Assembly: GCF_006345805.1 (NCBI RefSeq)
Contig: NC_042997.1
Coordinates: 50,158,001 to 50,222,000, forward strand
Direction of reading: 5' to 3'
Source: Octopus sinensis
Taxonomy: Eukaryota
DNA length: 64,000 bases
Within the stretch, counting starts at the first letter, position 1. Each line of letters starts with the position of its first letter. Of this stretch, positions 25,386 to 39,694 are shown in pieces. The notes under the pieces were generated by a model. That model was not told the origin of the DNA and searched no databases. It saw only the letters and a program-made list of their open reading frames with translations. Both the position numbers and the translations under genes were made by a program.

Positions 25386-25449
25386 TGCACACACACATAT
25401 ACACACACATACATACATACATACATACATACATGCATACATACATGGT

Positions 25450-25990
25450 GGCTTCCCCCTCGTTATCGAGTATGGCCATTGCACGAAGCTTAATCAATGT
25501 TGTTATCGTGCAATGCCTGTGCAAGAAGATTTTTTTTAAAGTGAGGAAAGACTGTGCACTGAGTCAATCCCACTCACTAAGCAACAGCAGCCATAATCCG
25601 AAAAGAAGAACAAGTCAACATCATCGGTAACCACTGAGCCGCAGGTTTTATGTCAGAGTTATCCCAGTTACCTGAGTTACCTTCTCCTAGAAGGATGCCC
25701 TAACAAAGGCTAGGAGTCCTTCACTCCCAGTGGTTTAACCGCGCTATCGGGTATTCAGTCTGATTATTTCTATGTCCCCGCGCATGATCACCCTTAAAAC
25801 ATTTATTGGATGGCCGTTGACTCTCAAGAGTTCCTCCGCCCTTTGACGGGTTTTGTTTTTCATCCCGCAAGGTGTCCAATAAACACCCTCCTCACCAAGC
25901 AAGCTTGGTGGGGTTGCCGGTTTTGTCGCCGACGACCCGACCATGCAACAGGTTGTACTGAGTTACATGTTACCAGTAGCACTCGAAAGT
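25450..25990 (-). mobile_element. Probable RTE-clade LINE 5' UTR fragment
   Basis: Minus strand ...ggcatccttctaggagaaggtaactc...ctctgac resembles the conserved RTE 5'-UTR motif (ctaggagaagg...ctctga); no ORF. Confidence 0.4.
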
Positions 25991-26013
25991 GACCTGACAT
26001 ACACATACATACA

Positions 26014-26120
<107 letters not shown>

Positions 26121-26777
26121 TATTATTCATTATTATTTAATTGAACGCCACGCAACCATTTCCAAGTGTGTGTATATATATATACATACACACACACATA
26201 TGCATATACTTTATTTGCGAATAGTCACTTTAATAATTTATACTTCTCATTTCACCATTTCCGGAATCTATAAATGTTTCCTATGGTGTTCTCTATAAGA
26301 CTGAGAGGGTGAGTTAAGTTCTTTAACCTTAGGCGACGGAGTAATACGTCAATGATGAAGAGTAATCAAATCTGAAATCAGCGCTGATAGGATTCCATTT
26401 TTGCTTGCCGTAGGGATGGGGGCGAGCTTGTCTCCTTTGTCAGTCATTAGAAAAGTGCTCTCACGTAGTAAAGAGTTGTTTTCACTTTTACCTCTAGCAA
26501 TGGTATTGCTGACGAGCACCCTCCGTCATTTTCGTGACCGCTATACTTGTGACTTCCGGTTGTACATTGCGAATAGCTACCTAAATAATTCATATAAGTA
26601 TATATATATATGTATATATAATTGGTAGACGTTAGAGAGTGACTCAGGAGTCGAGATTGTCGTGCAATAGAACTTGTCAAAACGGCTCTATAGGTATCGT
26701 CGAAGAAAACACTAGGCCTTCAATTACTCGTTACTATAAAAGACGTATATATACATATTGCGTGTGTGAGTGCGCGC

Positions 26778-26844
<67 letters not shown>

Positions 26845-26870
26845 AGCGCGCACTCATACACACACACACG

Positions 26871-26904
<34 letters not shown>

Positions 26905-27075
26905 TATTTTAGTAACAAGTAACTGGAGGACCGAGTGTTTCGTTCGACAGTACTATAGAGCCATCTTGACAAGTTCTACTGCACGACAATCTTGGCTTCT
27001 GAGTCTACCAATTATTAATAAAAGACGAATATATATACTCGTAACTTGAGTTCTACATTCCTGATGGCACCACTA

Positions 27076-27112
<37 letters not shown>

Positions 27113-27118
27113 CCTCTG

Positions 27119-27162
<44 letters not shown>

Positions 27163-27387
27163 CAAACTATAAAAACCAAGGTAAGCTATTAGAGGAAAAT
27201 GGACAACAGTATATATCTGTAAACAACGGATCCCTAGCTCCCGCCTTAGCTGTGAACTTGGAATCTAACCGATTACCAATTATAGCACTTACACAGCGTA
27301 CCTATTCGTTTAGATCACCAGTGAGCTAAACTCCTTACACACACTCACACATACGCACACGCACACACATACACGCACACATATATT

Positions 27388-27600
27388 GTGTGGTAAGAAG
27401 TTTGTTTTCCAACCAGTAGGCTTCGGGTTCAGTCCCACTGCATGGCACGTTGGGCAAGTATCATCTACCTCGGTAGACGGGAACTAAAAGAAGCCCGTCG
27501 TCTATATATATGTATATACATTCTTTTATTCTTTTATTTGTTTCAGTCACTTAACTGCGGCCATGCTGGAGCATTGCCTTTAGTCGAAAAAACCACTTAG
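27388..27600. mobile_element. SINE family A fragments (head on +, tail on -)
   Basis: ggttcagtcccactg head at about 27425; reversed tail cagtcacttaactgcggccatgctggagc at about 27545. Confidence 0.7.
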
Positions 27601-27660
27601 TTACGGGAACGTAAATTCAAACCCTGATCCGGTGACAAACACACATACACAGACAGACAG

Positions 27661-27692
<32 letters not shown>

Positions 27693-28459
27693 CGGCGCAC
27701 GTACACTTTCGTCTCTTATATGTATATTTATATTTATCTAAATCTTGCACGACTCTATTCTTTTATTCTTTTATTCTTTCCTTCTTTCCATCAGCCCTTT
27801 CACGCTTATTTCGTTCATTCAACTCTTCCTTCTTTCTTTCGTTCCTCTGTCTTACATTTCATAACCTTCTCTTCATGCTCACTTTCCCCTCCTCTTTTCA
27901 CTTCACTGTATCCCCGGCATTTTTACTTGCCCCTCCTTATTTCTTCTGTTCCTCTGTCTCTACCTCTCTCGCTTCTCTCCCCACGTGACCGGTGTTCGAC
28001 CAAGCTTGACCTTTCTTTCTTGGTTCGGCTGCTGTCCATGCAACATCTATATTCTTCCCCGTGCCCGTGAAATCTTGTATCTCTGCCGTAAGGCTTTACT
28101 TCCGCACACGCCAGATTAATTTAATTCGTCCTTAGTCGAAAGATACATGTTGTTATGTCCTGTTATTTGCATTTGTGTAATCTTCTCCGTTTTTTTCTCG
28201 TCCTTGTTTTCGTATACATTCGCTGCTTTCTTCTAATGCTCTTAGCTTAGTTTTTCTTGGGGCTGGCCATATTGGAGCAATCTCGAGTAAAACCAGCAGA
28301 AACTGCAAGGATAATCTGGAACTCGACTTAGGAAAGAAAACTCCGAATGACCCGTCCTTGTTTTCTTTATATCGTCAATCTGGATGTTTTGTTGTCCCTT
28401 TCTTGTATCACGTAACTGACTGGATGTTTTGCGTTCTTGTCCCATTTTGTGTGTGTATA

Positions 28460-30999
28460 TTAGATGGGTCGCTTTCTTCCATGATAACGAGGACTTAAAA
28501 CAGAACGGTACGGAAACATCTTCCGAATATAAGAAGCTATTCAAGTCGAGGAAGACACCGCCACCCAATCCCAGACTGAAGAAATTTGAGGACGACTTGT
28601 GGGACATTGTAAGGAGCGTTAAATTCCGCAAATCGCCACTTAGGAATAAACACCTTGGATACCTCAACAAAATTACCAAAGATATAAACAGCTCAGACGC
28701 TATCCTAGTCCAATCAGATAAAACCAGGAATACATACAAGCTAGCAAAAAAACATTATTTAGAATTGCTCAAGAAGGAAATACAGAAGAATTACAGAACT
28801 ACGAATAAGGATACACTTAGAAAAGCCAACTTGGAAATTAAGAAAATCATGGTTCCTCATGGTTTGCAAATGAAAACACAACCACTCAACCCAAGGCAAC
28901 CAAGATTCATCGTCAAGGACCATAAACCAAACTTCCAAACCAACCCAGCATTAAGGCTCATTTGCCCTTCTCGTTCCGACATCGGTTCCATAAGTAAGTA
29001 CATTTTGGATAAATACATACCTAGATTAGTTAATAAGCTTAAACTCAACATATGGTCTAACTCCACTCAAGTCGTAGAATGGTTCTCTTCCATTTCTAAT
29101 AAAAATAGCACTAAATTCATTCAATTCGATATTTCCAATTTCTACCCTTCGATAAACCCCATCGTGTCCAATAAGGCCCTATGGCACGCACATAACAAGG
29201 CAGGGCTGACAAGGGAGGAAATTAATATAATTCTAGCCGCTAGAAAATCCTTCATTCAATTCGATGATAAGTTATGGGTGCGTAAGGATACTCCCAACGC
29301 GTTCGATGTGCCAATGGGAAGCTCAGATAGCGCCCAGGTAGTCGATTTGGTCGGAATCTATATTCTATATGAATTAGCCGACCAATTCCCGGACATCTGC
29401 GGCGGTCTGTATCGAGACGATTGTCTTTTTTACCTACAGAATGCCCCTAACAGTAGGATACAGAAGACTAAAAATAGATTAGTTAGATTTTTCAGCAGGA
29501 TGGGCATGAGCATAATTTTTGACAACGAACTAACAAAGGCCAATTTCTTAGATGTTACCCTAAATTTGCATAATAATTCTTACTTCCCTTACCATAAGCC
29601 GTCTACGAACCTAAAATATGTCAGTATTTTCAGTAACCATGCAAAAACTATCACCGATAATTTGGTTTAAAATATATCCTTAAGACTATCTAAGTTATCA
29701 GCAAATGTCGACATTTTTAAACAGAAAGCAGAATTTTATAACCCCGCCTTGTCAAAGGCCGGTTATAGGGATAAGGTATCATATATCGATCCGGCCCATC
29801 CTAAACTAATATCTGCCCATCAAGATAAGATAACTTCTAATAATAATATAAATAACATAAATAGTGATTTCAGCTCTAGCAACGTCGACACAAATATATT
29901 TTACAATAATAACTTACGGACCAGGGGAGGCCAGCGTAAACCAAAACCCATTCTACAACACAGAAATATACCCTTTAATGTAAATGTCAACACTCTCAGC
30001 CATTCCAGGAACAAAAAAAAACTATATCTGGTTTGTGATTCCTTTCGGGAGACAAATCAGGTCTAATCTCCCTTTACAATTCCGTGAAGCCGTTACTAAG
30101 AATTTTCCTAGGAATTCTAGATACTACTCCACTATAAATTCGCATAAAGTAAGAATAGCATTCTCAAATACTAAAAATCTTTCGCAGATAATAGCTTCCC
30201 ACAATAATAAGCTGCTAAATAGGGTCTCTCCACCCATGAGTAGCGACACCGCCCTTACCCATTCCAACGTAACATACAATAATAATAATAATAGAAGTAG
30301 TATGGATATTAGCAACATTCATAGCAGCATTAGCGTTATAGTATAATAATGATAATAACATTAGCCAGATTATTAACAGTGGTGGTGTTAGTGGTAATAG
30401 TACCAGCATTCTTAATAACAGTTATATTATTGATGATAACAATCGCAGCATTCCTATAGCCAGGGAATTTGCCGACGATATTATAACTAATAGTAATGAT
30501 AATAAGATGAAATGTATCGTAGCCAAAGCCAGCAACAATTTTTACACCTATCACAACAATAAAAACTCTGTCTTAGTATCGGAAACCAACCCCAACAGAT
30601 TAAAGTTCTTATCCAAAAATTCCAAAATTAGAAACACCACTTACCAATGCAAAATCTCTTCTGGAACCGATGTCTACTTCTATATTGGCGCAACCTCTTC
30701 TAAATTAGCCCAAAGGGTCTCCAACCATTATTCCACTTTCAGAGATAAGAGAAAGCAACACAGCACGGGGCTAAGCAAATTAGTCTGGCGTCTGAAGAAT
30801 AATAACACTACGTTCAAGCTCGAATGGTCCATTTTGTCGGTGTCCTTCCCGTTTGATAAAGGCAGAAAATTTTGTGGCATCTGTAATTCCGAACTTTTTC
30901 ATATTTTGTTCGCCAAAGCCCTTTAATAAACACAATCGTCGAAAGATCCTACAGGTACTTACACTGGAAAAGACACACCTTTCATTCATATAAATAGTG
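28460..30999 (+). pseudogene. PLE RT/GIY-YIG polyprotein, disrupted
   Basis: RT: QFDISNFYPSI, PMGSSDSAQVVDLVG, GGLYRDDCL, NFLDVTL. In-frame TAA 29668-70 (frame continues as ORF 29749); frameshift at the A-run near 30015 (IWFVIPF...SHNNKLL); frameshift near 30340; EN YQC...FYIGATS...RVSNH...LSKLVWRLK...CGICNSE; probable last frameshift near 30920. Confidence 0.9.
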
Positions 31000-31540
31000 A
31001 TTAATATAGATAACCCCTCGATTTCCCAAAAAAATTTTTGCTATATTTCACCCCAATAGATTTTGCTATTTTTCTTATATTCCCAATTACTACTATCCAT
31101 TCTTGCGCTGCCTCTCACCTCGCTCGATTCTTTCTCCCTTTCGCTATCTACTTTCCTTTCCCTACAGTAAACATAATCGAATACACAGATACAGACCTTT
31201 CAACTCACAGCTGTCAGTTTTCTGACATCTACCCATCCACAAACACAATCACGCATTCAGACACACACATACACACATTAAGACAGTTATATACAGTCAC
31301 ACACACAGGCACTCATTCACAAAAGAAATCATTCTTTTGACTTGCACTCTCTCACCTTACTATTCTTATGCCTCCCTCCTCCTACTTCGTTTGAACTCTT
31401 GAACCTTTAGAAACTTCTAGATTCTTCTACATTCAGCCACTCTGACGTCACTCATTATAAAGAGACACTCATTATCGCCATGGGCTCCTTGAGAGCGGCC
31501 AGCTAAAAGTTTTTTGTGCATTTTGATGTCGACATAAGTT

Positions 31541-31637
31541 TCCTTGATTTTCCTGATGAGAAATCTGCATAATGTACTCCTTATTCCTTCGGAATTAGGA
31601 ATATGCAGCCTTCGAAACATATGTCGAGAATAAAGGA
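31541..31637 (+). ncRNA. Type I hammerhead ribozyme motif in the PLE 3' tail
   Basis: Stem I attttc/gagaat (extends tcctt/aagga), CUGAUGA 31553-59, stem II G-C closed with ctgcata/tatgcag, GAAA 31614-17, palindromic stem III ACATATGT, predicted GUC cleavage after 31625. Confidence 0.8.
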
Positions 31638-31990
31638 TATTTGTTAACTAGTCGTTCAACTCCATTCTTTCATATACTTATATTTTAAAATAAACATACA
31701 AATTTCCGCACGAAGACACTAGTCTATGGCCTAGGGACGTAGCTTCAACCGTGTTCTTTCTGATGTGAATTTGCTACCCAGGTATCGGTTATCTTTCGAA
31801 TTATCCTTAATAAGATAATTCATTCAATTACTCAAATATATATATATATATATATATATAGATTAATATATATATATATACTATATATATACATATATAT
31901 ATATTAGTATATATATCTATATATAATATATATATATTTATATAGATAATATATATTATATATATATACACATATTAATAATATATACAT

Positions 31991-32021
<31 letters not shown>

Positions 32022-32029
32022 TATATATA

Positions 32030-32320
32030 TAAGCCCGTCATATTATATATATATACGACGGGCTTCTTTCAGTTCCCTCTGCCAGATCCACTCACAAGAC
32101 AGTTGTCCAAAGTGTCACGCAGTGGGACCGAATGTAGTTGCAAAACAATCTTTTTTGTGCAACAAATCGATCCAAGGGCTTATTCTTTGTAAGCCTTGTA
32201 CTTATTCTATCTGCCTCGTTTTGTCGAACCGCTTTGTTAAGGTGACGTTATCACACCGCCATCGGTTTCAAGTAATAATGGTGGGAGACAAATCACATAT
32301 ATATACATATGTATACCTAC

Positions 32321-32351
<31 letters not shown>

Positions 32352-32505
32352 TATATATTCGACAGGCTTCTTTCAGTTTCCATCCATCATATCCATTCAG
32401 AAGGCTTTGTTCGTCCGAAGGCTAAAGTACAAGACACTTGCCATAGGTGCCAGGCAGTGAGACTGAACCCACAACCATATGGTTGAAAAGCAAAAATTCT
32501 TACCA
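32030..32505 (-). mobile_element. Two diverged SINE family A copies
   Basis: ttctttcagtt(t)cc...ccactcacaag and gagactgaacccacaaccatatggttg. Confidence 0.75.
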
Positions 32506-32616
32506 TACTTAGACAGACACACGGACACACACATGTATATATATATATATTATATATATATAATATATATATATATATATACACACATGTATATATATAT
32601 GTGTGTGTGTGTGTGC

Positions 32617-32650
<34 letters not shown>

Positions 32651-33115
32651 GTACACGTATGCATGTATTTATGTATGTATGTATGTATCTGTGTATGTGT
32701 CTGAATGTTTATTAGATATTCATCACAAACTACCAGTGAGAAAACTGAAAGCAACGAAGGAATTTTGCAACAAAATAGAAAATATAACTCTTATATTATA
32801 ACATTTAAATATTAAAATAGACTTCTGAATTGCCCTATATATAAAAACTATATAATTATACATTATATATGTGAGTGTATACGCAAGCGCATACATATAT
32901 AATGAACCAGAAAAGATATTTATAGAACACGTGCGGGAATGCGTGTGAGCATTTGTGTGCGCATGTGTGAGTGAGTATTTGTTTACATGTATGTTTTGGC
33001 ACGTGGATATATGTGTGAATATGTGTGCTCTTTGCTGTTCTTGGATAATCAACACAGAACTACTTGCCGTGATTTATCGAAGAATATTTCCAAAACATGA
33101 AATCTATTTCTTTCT

Positions 33116-33730
<615 letters not shown>

Positions 33731-34051
33731 TAGAAATAGAGAGGGAAAGAGAGGGAGAGAGAGAGAGACAAACAACTATAAAGACATAAATATAGGTATT
33801 TGTTTACATAGTCAGCAAAAATATCACAAACGAAACCGACTTGAAGCTAGAATCGAAACCGTGTTACACGCTTTGCTACTCTTATTCTACATCTGCTACA
33901 GTATGCAATGAATGTTACAGCTGGTTGCGCACCAACCACAATACACACTGTGAATGGTGGTGAATGAACTAGCAACCGTTTATACATGTGATAATAACTG
34001 TCCATTGATATAAGAAACGATGGAAGACACAGACATACACACTCAAAAGTA

Positions 34052-34086
<35 letters not shown>

Positions 34087-34379
34087 TGTTTTATATATTC
34101 ATATATATATACCTGTAAGTGCATATACAAAAACACTGGTACCTATATACAGATCTATACATATGCATACAAATACTATGATTTGTGGTCGTGTCTTTAA
34201 ATCAATTCTACCATATATGGCGATGAAGTCATTCAGTGGGGTCCTCGCCGTACCGAATCAGCTCCAACCGCTTTCAACGCAACCCAAACCAGACCAAACC
34301 AAACCAACCTAAACCAACCAACCAGCCTTTCACTAAGTCGGACTAGGACCTGGGTCCCATACGTATCCTATTAACTTCG

Positions 34380-34446
34380 TGACGTCAGGCGAACAGCTCT
34401 TGACGTCACGCTTGACGTCACGGGAGCAGCACGCGGTAAACAAACA
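34380..34446. promoter_or_regulatory. Cluster of three perfect CRE palindromes plus a forkhead-type site
   Basis: TGACGTCA at 34380-87, 34401-08 and 34413-20; GTAAACA at 34436-42. Confidence 0.6.
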
Positions 34447-34541
34447 CAATACGATGGCAGAAATGGTAGTTCTGCTTAGAAGCATTGATTTATCTCCTAC
34501 CACGCTTCTTCTACTTCACTATGCCTCCATCTTCTTTTTTC

Positions 34542-34590
<49 letters not shown>

Positions 34591-34697
34591 TCACTCTCCA
34601 TCTCACTCTCTTTATCTCTCACTCTCTCTCTTTCGCTCGCACTCTTATATGCTTTCTTGTTATAAATATGTTGCTACTCGAAAACGATGCTCACACA

Positions 34698-34740
<43 letters not shown>

Positions 34741-35350
34741 ACACACAAACACACACACAACACACACACACACACACACAAACACACACAGTTGCGCGCG
34801 CACACAAAAATACACACACATAGACACACGATTTACGCACGTTATTTATTTTTACTTTTCTTTCATTTCAATTCGTGACATCAGTCACTGGACTGTGGCT
34901 ATGCCAAGGGGCCGCATCCAAGGGGCCGCATCCAAGGGGCCGCATCCAAGGGTTTAGCCGATCAAATTGACCCTGAGAATTATTTCAATTTCGTATTTAT
35001 CTTATCTATATCTTATGAATCGAACAGCTAGTACGTTAGACATAAAACATACGACATAGATCGAACACGTAAACATAGACACAGAGTTGAAGAAAACATA
35101 TAAAGTACACGCACTCATACATACATACATACATACATACATACATACATACAACATACATACGCAATCACATACAATACACGTATAAACATCGACATGC
35201 CTGTACATGTGCATGTCTGTGTGTGTACATATATATATATGACAAATCAGCAAAAGGACAAGAACAAACAAAAGGAACAAAGGTTTTACTAGCTTAGCAC
35301 TTGAATAGGAAAGGGTGTTTCATATATACATATATAAAACGTATATATGA

Positions 35351-35407
<57 letters not shown>

Positions 35408-35742
35408 TATATATTTATATATATATATATATATTAAATATATATATATATATATAAATATATATCTATATATATATATATATGTATTTATGTATATGTA
35501 TACACACACACACACACATATATATAATATGTATTTATGTATATGTTATACACACACACACCACACACATATATATATAGGATATATATATATTATGTAT
35601 TTATATATGTACATTTATATATAATATATATATATATATATAATATATATATGTATTTCTATATATGTACATATATATATATGTACATATATATATATGT
35701 ATAGGTATATATCTGTAATTATATTTATATTATGTAAATATA

Positions 35743-35790
<48 letters not shown>

Positions 35791-35929
35791 ATATATTATT
35801 TATATATTATATATATTATATATATATATATATATATACATGCACATATATGTGTTTTGTGCGTTCTGTGTAATATATATATATATATATATATGCGATG
35901 TATATATATGTGTGTTTGTGTATATGCCG

Positions 35930-36228
35930 AGACCCCGTTCTCTCATGACTGACCATGGGTTTGCACCTAGAAAGTTACCCTCCCAAGCACACGTCCGGGC
36001 AAGGTTGCTTATGGAAGATCAGCAGTCACGTCCCCTCTCCACGCAATCAAATGTTATCCAAGGGAAAGGCAAAGGCCGATACAGCTTGGCACCTGTGACT
36101 TCGCAACTCATTTCTACAGCTGAGTGAACTGGAGCAACGTGAAATAATCACAACACGCAGCCCGGTTCAGGATTCGAACTCACACCTCACGATCGCAAGA
36201 TCGACGCTCTAACCACTGACCGTGCCCT
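35930..36228 (-). mobile_element. SINE family C
   Basis: Homologous to 17058-17380, including the head (caggattcgaactc on the + strand). Confidence 0.85.
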
Positions 36229-36345
36229 TCACACACACACCACACACACACACACACCACACACACACACATAATATATATATATACATATATATGTATT
36301 TATATATTATGTATAAATTGTTGTATATATATATTTATATATTAA

Positions 36346-36418
<73 letters not shown>

Positions 36419-36589
36419 CCACACACATGATTCACACGCACATACATACGTAGACACATCACACATGTGTATATGTGTATATATACGAGTGGTGTTGTAT
36501 ATACGTATATCTGTGTATGTATAAGCATACGCGTATATACATGTATGTATGTTTGTATATACATAGATTGTTATATTAACTTATACATG

Positions 36590-36649
<60 letters not shown>

Positions 36650-37127
36650 GCACACACAGAATGTTTTTTGTCAAGTGGCTCTCGATGCACATAAAGCTAC
36701 AAACGATGTCATCAATAAAGGGTTTTATCTTTTCTTACTCCCTGTTTTGTGTTTTGTATTCCTACTTTCTACTCTCTCTTTAACTAGTAATTTATCCCCA
36801 ACCATCCGTACAAATCTCCCCTTCTTCACTTGTCTTTTACCTTCAACCTTCACATAGCGCAACTGCGAATCAGACACACCAAAAGCATGCAAATCCTTGT
36901 GGTCACCCGACAGACTAATATTAGGAGCCAAATCAGCCAAGCAGAATACAAAAAGTAAACAAGCAATAAGCAAACAAGAAACAAAAAAAAAATTGAAAGA
37001 AAAATAAGATAAAATACAATAGAAAACATTGCTAATGTAATCCTAGATACAGTGTATCGATTTGAACAAAAATACATGATCTCTGCTAGAGTTCATCTAT
37101 ATATATATATATATAATATATATATAA

Positions 37128-37185
<58 letters not shown>

Positions 37186-37389
37186 AATATCTTAGTCTGC
37201 TTTGCGAATCAGGGATGCCTGTTGTCAAACACATGTAATGGACACGTCGTGCCCAAAACAAAGGAAGGATGCTCTATGTAGCCTTTTGATTTGCTAAACA
37301 TAGCAGCTCACAAATCAAGGATTTACCGTTTAAGAAAAGGTAGGACAGTTATTAAAGTGTGTCCTTTCCTTATTGTACTATATACACCT

Positions 37390-37409
37390 GTACATATACC
37401 CTAAGTTTG

Positions 37410-37444
<35 letters not shown>

Positions 37445-37733
37445 TTACTACTACTACTACTACTACTACCACAACCACCACAATCACTACTACTAAACAC
37501 TGCACCGCTACCACATCTACGACTACTACGACCAAAAATACTACTACTATTACTATTACTACCAATATCATCACCATCACTACTACTACTACTACTACTA
37601 CACTACTACTATGCAACACGCACTCCTAACAGCACTACTACAATTACTACTACAACTACTGCTACGACAACAAATACTATTTTTGTTGCTGTTGCTGCTG
37701 CTCCTCCTCCTCCTCCTGCTCCTCCTCCTCCTC

Positions 37734-37776
<43 letters not shown>

Positions 37777-37780
37777 ATAT
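37390..37780. repeat. Compound (CTA)n/(CCT)n trinucleotide repeat
   Basis: Direct reading; explains the poly-L/T/V ORFs. Confidence 0.95.
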
Positions 37781-38096
37781 ATTCTCTTTCCTTCTTTTTC
37801 TCTCGCGTTCTCAATGCCTCTTCGTGTTTCTCTGAAATTATATCTCAATTAAAATAAACCCCTGCTCCAATCATTTCTCTCTAACCTTCTCACTTATTGT
37901 TTTCAGTACTCAATCATACGTACATGCACGTACCCATACACACACGCATAGGTGTACTACATACACATATGTATCTGCATATATATATATATATATTATA
38001 TATATATATATATATTATATATATATATACATACATATATATATATTCATACATACATACATACATAGATACATATATACATACATACATACATAC

Positions 38097-38147
<51 letters not shown>

Positions 38148-38194
38148 TATATAATATATTATATATTATACAGGTATGTGTGTGTATATGTTTG

Positions 38195-38362
38195 CGTGTG
38201 TGTGTGTTTGGCCCCCAACATCGCCTGACAACCGATACTGGTGTGTTTACGTCCCCTTGACATACCAGTTCGGTATATAGACCGATAGAATAAGTACTAG
38301 GCTTACAAAGAATAAGTCATGGGGTCGATTTGCTCGAATAAAGGTGGTGCTTCAGCATAGCC
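38195..38362 (+). mobile_element. SINE family A 3' half
   Basis: ctggtgtgtttacgtcccc...gaataagtactaggcttacaaagaataag. Confidence 0.8.
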
Positions 38363-38410
38363 TCAATACATATATAATATATATATATGTATATATACAT
38401 ATATATACAC

Positions 38411-38497
<87 letters not shown>

Positions 38498-38806
38498 ATA
38501 TATATATACACACAACACAAAAATACGCATATATGTTTATATATATATATCACACATACACACATACGCACAACACGCAGATTACACACGCACGGGTATG
38601 CATCCATGGATCTATATAAATTCATGAGTTAGCGTCTTATGTGTATGTATGCGTATATATATATATATGTATATATATATATTATGTATATGTATGTGTG
38701 TATATATATATGCGTGTGTGTGTTTATATATAAATAAAACTTATATATATATATATACATGCATACACACGTATAGATACATATATAAATACACACATAC
38801 AAATAC

Positions 38807-38908
<102 letters not shown>

Positions 38909-39659
38909 TAATATTATATATATACATAAGCAGGTTATATATATGAAGGTTGTTAGATGAAAGATAAGCAGCCAGCAGGCAGCCAACTCTAGCTGTCCTT
39001 CAGTCTATCTCTCTTATTCTCTATCACTTGCTATTTCGTTCTCTACGCCTTTCCATCTCCTTAAACACACACACACACACACACACACACATGGACGCAC
39101 ACTCACACACACACGCATTCACTCCAGTTTTCCCTCCTTCACTGTTGAATTACATTTGAAATTTCTTCGTCCGTTTTCCGCTTAACGTCTCTCTCCGTTT
39201 CTTTTCCTCCTCCTTTCCCTCGTCGCCCTTTGCAATATCATATCTTCTTTATATTTCTTCCTCACCTTCACCCTTTTCCCTATTACCTTAGCTGCTCTCC
39301 GCGTTCTTCATTTTTCTCAAACTCTGCTCTTCAGTTTCATTCTTTGATTTTATTCAATCTCATTTCCTTCCATGCCCTTCACTCCTTTTCTATACGTTAC
39401 TATCTTACTATTCATTTATGTGTTGTCTCAGATTCTTTCCCCCTTATTTCTGTTTACATTATAGTTGTATACCTCTAAAGAAAGATGAGATTACAAAGTA
39501 AAGGAAAGAATTAGGAAACAATAAAGATTTCCAATGGGAAGAAGAGAATATATGAAATAGGTTATTGCCGTATATATATATATATATGTACAAATATGTA
39601 CGTGCTCACACACACACACACACTCATACACACACTCACAAACATACACAGACACATAT

Positions 39660-39690
<31 letters not shown>

Positions 39691-39694
39691 ACGG

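Larger units (their letters stand above)
28460..31835 (+). mobile_element. Penelope-like retroelement with C-terminal endonuclease (resembles the Hydra-type clade), 5'-truncated, ends in (TA)n
   Basis: RT, thumb and GIY-YIG collinear, followed by a ~0.8 kb 3' tail containing a hammerhead; clade assignment is inferred. Confidence 0.9.

Noticed and set aside
28242-28739. 165-aa minus-strand ORF (also 28857-29066 and 30780-30989)
   Set aside because: Shadow ORFs antisense to the PLE RT/EN.
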